In this document: piece by piece, positions 58,734 through 64,000 of the stretch
How the letters are laid out: each line of letters starts with the position of its first letter
How positions within the stretch are numbered: position 1 is the first letter of the stretch
From: Candidatus Poriferisodalis sp.
GTDB taxonomy: Bacteria > Actinomycetota > Acidimicrobiia > Acidimicrobiales > Poriferisodalaceae
Direction: 5' to 3'
DNA: 64,000 bases
Assembly (NCBI RefSeq): GCF_965262965.1
Contig: NZ_OZ253573.1
Location: forward strand, 954,817 to 1,018,816
The notes under the pieces: generated by a model
Databases searched by the model: none
Seen by the model: the letters and a program-made list of their open reading frames with translations, nothing else
Told to the model about the DNA's origin: nothing
Program-made: the position numbers and the translations under genes

Positions 58734-61123
58734 GCAGCGACCGGCAAGGCGCTGTTGGGCACGGCGTTGTTGGGCACGGCGTTGTTGGGCAGAGTGTCTT
58801 GCGTCGAGAGGACGACTACCTCCTACGAGGCCAGGGCCGCTTCGTCGACGATCTGCCCGCGCCGATCAACACCCTGCACCTTGCCTTCGTGCTCAGCCCG
58901 TACGCCCACGCCCGAATCTTGTCGATCGACGTGAGCGAGGCGCGCGCGCTCGACGGCGTGGTCGACGTCCTCACCGGCGAGGATCTGGCAGCCCTGGTGA
59001 AGCCGATCGCCGCTCAGATCGAGCTGCCCGGCTACCACCTCAACAGCCGCGACGTGCTGGCTGTCGGCGAAGTGCGGTTTGCGGGCGAGGCGGTGGCCGT
59101 GGTCGTGGCCGAGAGCCAGTACCTCGCCGAAGACGGCATCGAGCTGGTCCACGTCGACTACGAGCCGCTTCCTGTGGTCGTGGGGATCGAAGAAGCGACC
59201 GATCCCGCCGCCCCGCAGGTCAATCCGACAGTGCCGGGCAACGTCTACTACGAGGGTCGATTCAGAACCGATGGCGTGGCCGCTGGTTTCGAAGCGGCGG
59301 CCCATGTCATCTCCGAAGACTTCCGCTCGAACCGTGTGACCGCTGTTCCGATTGAACCCCGAGGGTGTCTTGCTGTGCCCGAGCAGGCGGGCAACCTTGT
59401 CTTCTACTCCTCGACCCAGATACACCATCTTCTACGGACTGCCCTAGCCGAGTTCCTCGACGTTTCAGAGTCAACCCTGCGGGTCGTGGTTCCCGATGTC
59501 GGCGGCGGATTCGGCATCAAGGCGGCCCTCTACCCCGAAGAGTTCGTCTGCGCCGCGCTCGCCCTGCGTTTGCGCCGGCCCGTGAAGTGGATTCAGGACC
59601 GGTACGGAGCCCTGCTCACCGATGTACACGCCCGTGACAACCGCTACCGGGTTGAGGCCGCGGTCGATGATGACGGCATCGTCCTCGCGCTCAGGGCCGA
59701 GATTCGAACCAATGGCGGCGCCTACTCAGCGTTGCCCTTCGGCTGCACCCTGGAGACCACTGGTGGCGCCCGCATGATCGTTGGGCCGTACCGGATCGAG
59801 GAGTACGAGTACACGGCCACCGCCGTCGCAACCCACACCGCGCCGGTGTTGGCCTATAGGGGCGTGGCCCAACCGGTTTGCTTCATGGCGATCGAGGGCA
59901 TCATGGACCGAATTGCCCGCCGGCTCGAGCTCGATCCAGCTGAGGTTCGGCTGAGAAACATGGTGCCCACCTCAGAGCTCCCGTGGACCAACGTCGTCGG
60001 TGTCCGCTACGACACAGGCAGTTTCATAGAGTCGCTCAACCAAGCGATGGAGATGGCGAAATACGATGAGTTCCGCGCCCGCCAGGCTCAGGGCCGACTC
60101 GTCGACGGCAAGTACCGGGGCATCGGTATCTGCAGTTTCACGGAGGTGAGCGGGACGGGAGCCCCAGGGTGGCGTGCCCGCGGGCTGACCCGTCTACCCG
60201 GGTTCGACAGCGGGACGGTGAAGGTGGAGCCCACCGGCAAGGTGACGGCCTTCGTGAGCCACGCTCATTCGGGGCAAGGCCACTTCACGACGTTCGCGCA
60301 GGTCGTCGCCGACGAGCTCGGGGCCCGATTGGAGGATGTGACTGTCTTCGAGGGCGACACCGCCGCCGGGCCCTACGGCACGAACACCTTCGCCAGCCGC
60401 AGCGCAGTCACGGGCGGCGGAGCGCTGGTGCGGGCGTCGGAGAAGGCCAGGCTGAAGCTGGCGCGGATCGCAGCGTTCATGCTCGAGTCCACGCCCGAAG
60501 ACATCGTGGTCTCCGACGGCCAGATGTACGTCGCTGGCGTGCCTAGCCGAGCGCTCACATTCGGGGAGGTCGCCGAGACGGCTTACGCGATGAACACATT
60601 CGACCTCCCCGAAGGCGAGAGCTTTGGCATCGAGGAGACCGACTTCTACGACCCGCCCCTTGTCACGATGGCCAATGCCACCCACATTGCACAGGTGGCT
60701 GTCGATGCCGGAGACGGGACAGTCGACATCGAGGGCTACACCGTCGTACACGACTGCGGTCGCATCATCAACCCGATGATCGTCGATGGTCAGGTGATGG
60801 GCGGTGTGGCACAAGGCATCGGCGAGGCGCTCATGGAAGAGTTTGTGTACGACCCCGACGGCCAGGTCCGCACGGCGACTCTGGCCGACTATCTCCTGCC
60901 CAGCTCGGTGGACGTTCCCAACTTCCAGATCGCTCACATCGAGTCTCCGTCGATCGATGCCGTCGGTGGGTTCAAGGGCGTGGGGGAAGGCGGTGTGATC
61001 GGAGCCGTACCCGCGCTCGTCAACGCAGTCGCCGACGCTCTGTTCGATCTCGACGTCAACGTCAACACCAAGCCACTTCGACCCGCGCTGCTGTCAGGCC
61101 TCATTCGAGAGGCCGGAGGGTGA
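58730..61123 (+). CDS. Molybdenum hydroxylase molybdopterin-binding (large) subunit, xanthine dehydrogenase/CoxL family
   Basis: 797 aa, with an a/b hammerhead and Moco domains (..GGGFG.K.., ..VGEGG..). Confidence 0.9.
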   Translation: MSSDRQGAVGHGVVGHGVVGQSVLRREDDYLLRGQGRFVDDLPAPINTLHLAFVLSPYAHARILSIDVSEARALDGVVDVLTGEDLAALVKPIAAQIELPGYHLNSRDVLAVGEVRFAGEAVAVVVAESQYLAEDGIELVHVDYEPLPVVVGIEEATDPAAPQVNPTVPGNVYYEGRFRTDGVAAGFEAAAHVISEDFRSNRVTAVPIEPRGCLAVPEQAGNLVFYSSTQIHHLLRTALAEFLDVSESTLRVVVPDVGGGFGIKAALYPEEFVCAALALRLRRPVKWIQDRYGALLTDVHARDNRYRVEAAVDDDGIVLALRAEIRTNGGAYSALPFGCTLETTGGARMIVGPYRIEEYEYTATAVATHTAPVLAYRGVAQPVCFMAIEGIMDRIARRLELDPAEVRLRNMVPTSELPWTNVVGVRYDTGSFIESLNQAMEMAKYDEFRARQAQGRLVDGKYRGIGICSFTEVSGTGAPGWRARGLTRLPGFDSGTVKVEPTGKVTAFVSHAHSGQGHFTTFAQVVADELGARLEDVTVFEGDTAAGPYGTNTFASRSAVTGGGALVRASEKARLKLARIAAFMLESTPEDIVVSDGQMYVAGVPSRALTFGEVAETAYAMNTFDLPEGESFGIEETDFYDPPLVTMANATHIAQVAVDAGDGTVDIEGYTVVHDCGRIINPMIVDGQVMGGVAQGIGEALMEEFVYDPDGQVRTATLADYLLPSSVDVPNFQIAHIESPSIDAVGGFKGVGEGGVIGAVPALVNAVADALFDLDVNVNTKPLRPALLSGLIREAGG
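58748..58792 (+). repeat. Three tandem 15-bp units inside the 5' end of the large-subunit gene
   Basis: GGCGCTGTTGGGCAC / GGCGTTGTTGGGCAC / GGCGTTGTTGGGCAG, encoding GAVGH-GVVGH-GVVGQ. Confidence 0.85.
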
Positions 61124-61914
61124 CTGCGGCTGCGGCCAGCCAAGGGGTGAAGTCCATCGAGGTTGGTGCCCGGGTGCTGGCCGCGCTCGCCGAGGCTCCC
61201 GGTGCCCTCCCCCTCGGCGAGCTTGCGTCGCGGGCTGACATGATGCCCCCCAAGGCGCACCGATATCTCGTCAGCCTGATCCGCTGCGACCTCGTGCTCC
61301 AGGATCCGATCACCGGTCGCTACGATCTCGGCCCCGGCGCGTTGCAGTTGGGCTTGGCCGGTCTGCGGCGGCTTGACGCGGTTCGCTTCGCGACCGACGC
61401 GTTGGTCGAGCTCAACCAACGCCTCGATGTAACCACCGCGCTCTCGGTGTGGGGCCAGCACGGGCCGGTGATCATTGGCTGGCGCGATGCCAGCGAGGTC
61501 GTTCACTGCAACTTGCACATCGGTTCCGTGCTGCCGCTCATCGGAACGGCAACCGGCAGGATCTTCTTAGCCTATGAGCCAGGGAGAATGATTGACGGCA
61601 GGGTCGCCGAAGAGCTCGAACGGCTGGCGGGTTCTCCTCTTGGTGATCGCTTTGGTGATGCTGGCGCGGTGCGGGAGCTGATCGATCAGGTTCGCCGAGA
61701 AGGGTTGGCCATCTCCCGCGGCGACTATTTGCCCGGGCTCAGCGCCGTCGCCGCACCGGTGTTCGATCATCAAGGTCGACTTGTTGCGTCGACCGCAGTT
61801 CTGGGTCGGAGTGGGACGATGGATGGTGTCGGCCCAGATTCCCCCGCAGCGGCTCTTCGCCAGGCGTCGGAGGAGATCTCCCACAAACTCGGCTATTCCG
61901 CCACGTTCGACTGA
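61120..61914 (+). CDS. IclR-family transcriptional regulator
   Basis: 264 aa. N-terminal wHTH (SIEVGARVLAALAEAPGALPLGELA) and a C-terminal effector domain. Confidence 0.85.
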   Translation: MTAAAASQGVKSIEVGARVLAALAEAPGALPLGELASRADMMPPKAHRYLVSLIRCDLVLQDPITGRYDLGPGALQLGLAGLRRLDAVRFATDALVELNQRLDVTTALSVWGQHGPVIIGWRDASEVVHCNLHIGSVLPLIGTATGRIFLAYEPGRMIDGRVAEELERLAGSPLGDRFGDAGAVRELIDQVRREGLAISRGDYLPGLSAVAAPVFDHQGRLVASTAVLGRSGTMDGVGPDSPAAALRQASEEISHKLGYSATFD

Positions 61915-61962
61915 CGGCGCACGGCACCGTTGCGATGGTCAACGGAATCGGACGCCTGTTCG

Positions 61963-62046
61963 TGTCGGAGGGGGGACTTGAACCCCCACACCCTTTCGGG
62001 CACTAGATCCTTAATCTAGCGCGTCTGCCAATTCCGCCACTCCGAC
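61963..62046 (-). tRNA. tRNA-Leu (class II, long variable arm); the anticodon reads AAG by manual folding
   Basis: Minus strand: GTCGGAG-TG-GCGGAATTGGCAGACGC-G-CTAGA-TTAAGGA-TCTAG-TGCCCGAAAGGGTGT-GGGGG-TTCAAGT-CCCCC-CTCCGAC-A. 7-bp acceptor stem. CCA is not encoded. Confidence 0.85.
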
Positions 62047-62126
62047 TGGACGCCCGCAAACGCTGCATGTGCAGGGATTTCGGGGCGCGTCAGCATAGCG
62101 CTGCTGTCTCGATTGTTCGATGGTGC

Positions 62127-62966
62127 TCAGACCTCGTCGATGGCCGTTGCCAGGGCATCGAGACTCACCGGATTGAGCTCGCCTCGCCATGACCACACGA
62201 CGATGTCGACCCCAGCATCGAAGAAGTCCTGCGCCCCTGCCACGGCCTTGTCGATGTCGCCGTCGGCCTCGAATCCGAGGTGCACCGACCGGTCGATCTC
62301 GGCCTCGTCACGGCCCACGCGTCCGCAGTGCGCCCGCAGAATCTCGTCCAGCTCCTGCCACGCTGCGACATCGGGCGGAAACGTCATGTCCCACTGATCG
62401 GCGTACTTCGCAGCGGTGCGCAGGGTCCGCACCCGGCCCTGCCCGCCGATGACGATTGGGATGCGCTCCTGGATCGGCTTGGGCTCGCACCAAGCATCGG
62501 TGAGTTCGAAGAAGCGTCCCTTGTGCGTAGTCGTGGTCTCGGTCAACAGCTTGACGATGACCTCCATGCCCTCTTCGAGCCGATCCGAGCGGTCCCGCAG
62601 CGGCCCGAGATCGATGCCGTAGGCGTCGCTCTCCCCGAAGTTCCAGCCGGCGCCCATCCCCAGCTCGAAGCGACCATTCGAGATGTGATCAAGCGTGGCG
62701 GCCATGTTGGCGGTTACCGCCGGATGGCGGTGATGCATGCCGTTGACCATGGCGCCGAGACGGACCCGCGTCGTGGCCTGCGCTAGCGCCGCCAGCATCG
62801 TCCAGCCCTCAAGGTTGGGGCCGTCGTACGGCGGCGCCAAGGGATAGAAGTGGTCCCAGTTCCACGCCGACTCGAAGACCTCGAACTCGTCAGCGGCTTG
62901 CCAGATCGCCAGATACTCCGGCCAGCTGGCATGGTGCGGCGGGGTCTTGATTGCGTGACGTCCCAT
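62127..62966 (-). CDS. LLM-class F420-dependent oxidoreductase
   Basis: 279 aa. GWTMLAALAQATTRVRLGAMV, GRFELGMGAGW and IVIGGQG. Confidence 0.8.
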   Translation of the reverse strand: MGRHAIKTPPHHASWPEYLAIWQAADEFEVFESAWNWDHFYPLAPPYDGPNLEGWTMLAALAQATTRVRLGAMVNGMHHRHPAVTANMAATLDHISNGRFELGMGAGWNFGESDAYGIDLGPLRDRSDRLEEGMEVIVKLLTETTTTHKGRFFELTDAWCEPKPIQERIPIVIGGQGRVRTLRTAAKYADQWDMTFPPDVAAWQELDEILRAHCGRVGRDEAEIDRSVHLGFEADGDIDKAVAGAQDFFDAGVDIVVWSWRGELNPVSLDALATAIDEV

Positions 62967-63040
62967 TTGGGCTCCTTGTCGCAGACGACCCGAACGATAC
63001 GTGGTGAACTTGCGACCTTGACCTGGTTGGGAAAGGGCTC

Positions 63041-64000
63041 ATGGCAGAGATCGACAAAGCGGACTTGATCATCCGCGACGCCCGCTTGATTGATGGAACC
63101 GGCGCTCCGTCGACCCATGGCGACATCGCAGTTGCCGATGACAGGATCGTCGGGCTGGGCGATCTCGGCCATGCCGAAGGCGCCGTCGAGATCGATGCGG
63201 GCGGCAAAGCGGTGGCCCCCGGCTTCATCGACGTGCACACCCACGACGACCGTGCGCTGCTGGTCGACCCCCTGATGGCACCCAAGGTCAGCCAGGGCGT
63301 CACCACGGTCATCACCGGCAACTGCGGGGTCAGCTTGGCGCCGCTGCGCACCATCGGACGGCCGCCGGCACCGCTCGATCTCGTTTGCCCCGACGGCGAG
63401 GGTTTCTTCTCGGAATTCGATGACTACCTCGCCGCCCTCGATGCAGAGCCGGCAGCTGTCAACGCACTCTGCCTGGTCGGCCACGCCTCTCTGCGGGTTG
63501 AGGCCATGGACAATCTGCACCGCCCGGCGACTGGAGATGAGATCACGGCCATGCGGGGCCGCCTGGAGCGAGCATTGGAGGCCGGGGCTATCGGCCTGTC
63601 GACGGGTCTCTACTATGCGCCGGCCGCGGCTGCACCGACCGAGGAGATCATCGAGCTGGCCAGAGCAGTCCGGGCCGCGGGCGGCATCCACACGACCCAC
63701 ATGCGAGACGAAGCCGACCGTGTCAGCGAGTCGTTGGAAGAGACATTCACTATCGGCCGCGAAGCCGGCGTTCCAGTGGTGATCTCGCATCACAAGTGCT
63801 CCGGGCAGGCCAACCACGGCCGCTCAACAGAGACTCTGGCGCTGATCGAAGCAGCACGGCACCGCCAACGAATCAGCCTCGACGCCTACCCCTACATCGC
63901 CAGCTCGACGACTTTGGGTTCAACCAGGCTGGCGGATGCCAGCAAGGTGCTGGTGACTTGGTCCAAAGCGCAGCCCGAGGCTGCTGGGCGGGATCTCGCC
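63041..64000 (+). CDS. N-acyl-D-amino-acid deacylase (D-aminoacylase) family amidohydrolase; 3' end outside window
   Basis: Not in the ORF track because it has no stop before the window end. ATG at 63041. MAEIDKADLIIRDARLIDGTG...APGFIDVHTHDD...VTTVITGNCG. Confidence 0.8.
   Translation, partial: MAEIDKADLIIRDARLIDGTGAPSTHGDIAVADDRIVGLGDLGHAEGAVEIDAGGKAVAPGFIDVHTHDDRALLVDPLMAPKVSQGVTTVITGNCGVSLAPLRTIGRPPAPLDLVCPDGEGFFSEFDDYLAALDAEPAAVNALCLVGHASLRVEAMDNLHRPATGDEITAMRGRLERALEAGAIGLSTGLYYAPAAAAPTEEIIELARAVRAAGGIHTTHMRDEADRVSESLEETFTIGREAGVPVVISHHKCSGQANHGRSTETLALIEAARHRQRISLDAYPYIASSTTLGSTRLADASKVLVTWSKAQPEAAGRDLA

Overview
GC-rich, actinobacterial-type chromosomal segment. The assignment rests on a furA-katG pair, mycothiol/DinB-type and F420/LLM-type enzymes, a DUF222-HNH gene and many leaderless promoters. 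Housekeeping and catabolic genes alternate with accessory DNA. The accessory DNA comprises four IS elements (IS30, ISL3, IS630 and an IS5/IS1182-type element inserted at the IS630 junction), at least ten toxin-antitoxin modules or remnants, and many gene fragments (katG', parE', SDR', Zn-ADH', hsdR', vapC', AMP-ligase').

Coherent functional blocks:
- a merR-copA copper export unit;
- a sulfation cluster with two sulfotransferases (one fused to an SDR), a DUF1214-like gene, cysD, cysNC and an extra cysC;
- an N-heterocycle/aromatic catabolic block with a BVMO, a Rieske oxygenase, a NicX/M29-like gene, a three-subunit molybdenum hydroxylase and an IclR regulator.

The most interesting signal is four in-frame TGA codons in three otherwise intact redox or enzyme genes. 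Each falls exactly where a conserved catalytic cysteine is expected: UxxC in a peroxiredoxin-like protein, CxxU in an AhpD-like protein, and both members of a Cys pair spaced nine residues apart in a linalool-dehydratase/isomerase-family protein. Each is followed by a GU-loop hairpin 10-17 nt downstream. I read these as candidate selenoproteins, including a possibly novel double-Sec enzyme. No Sec machinery genes lie in the window.

All coordinates, folds and homology calls were made by eye, without tools. Family assignments rest on remembered motifs.
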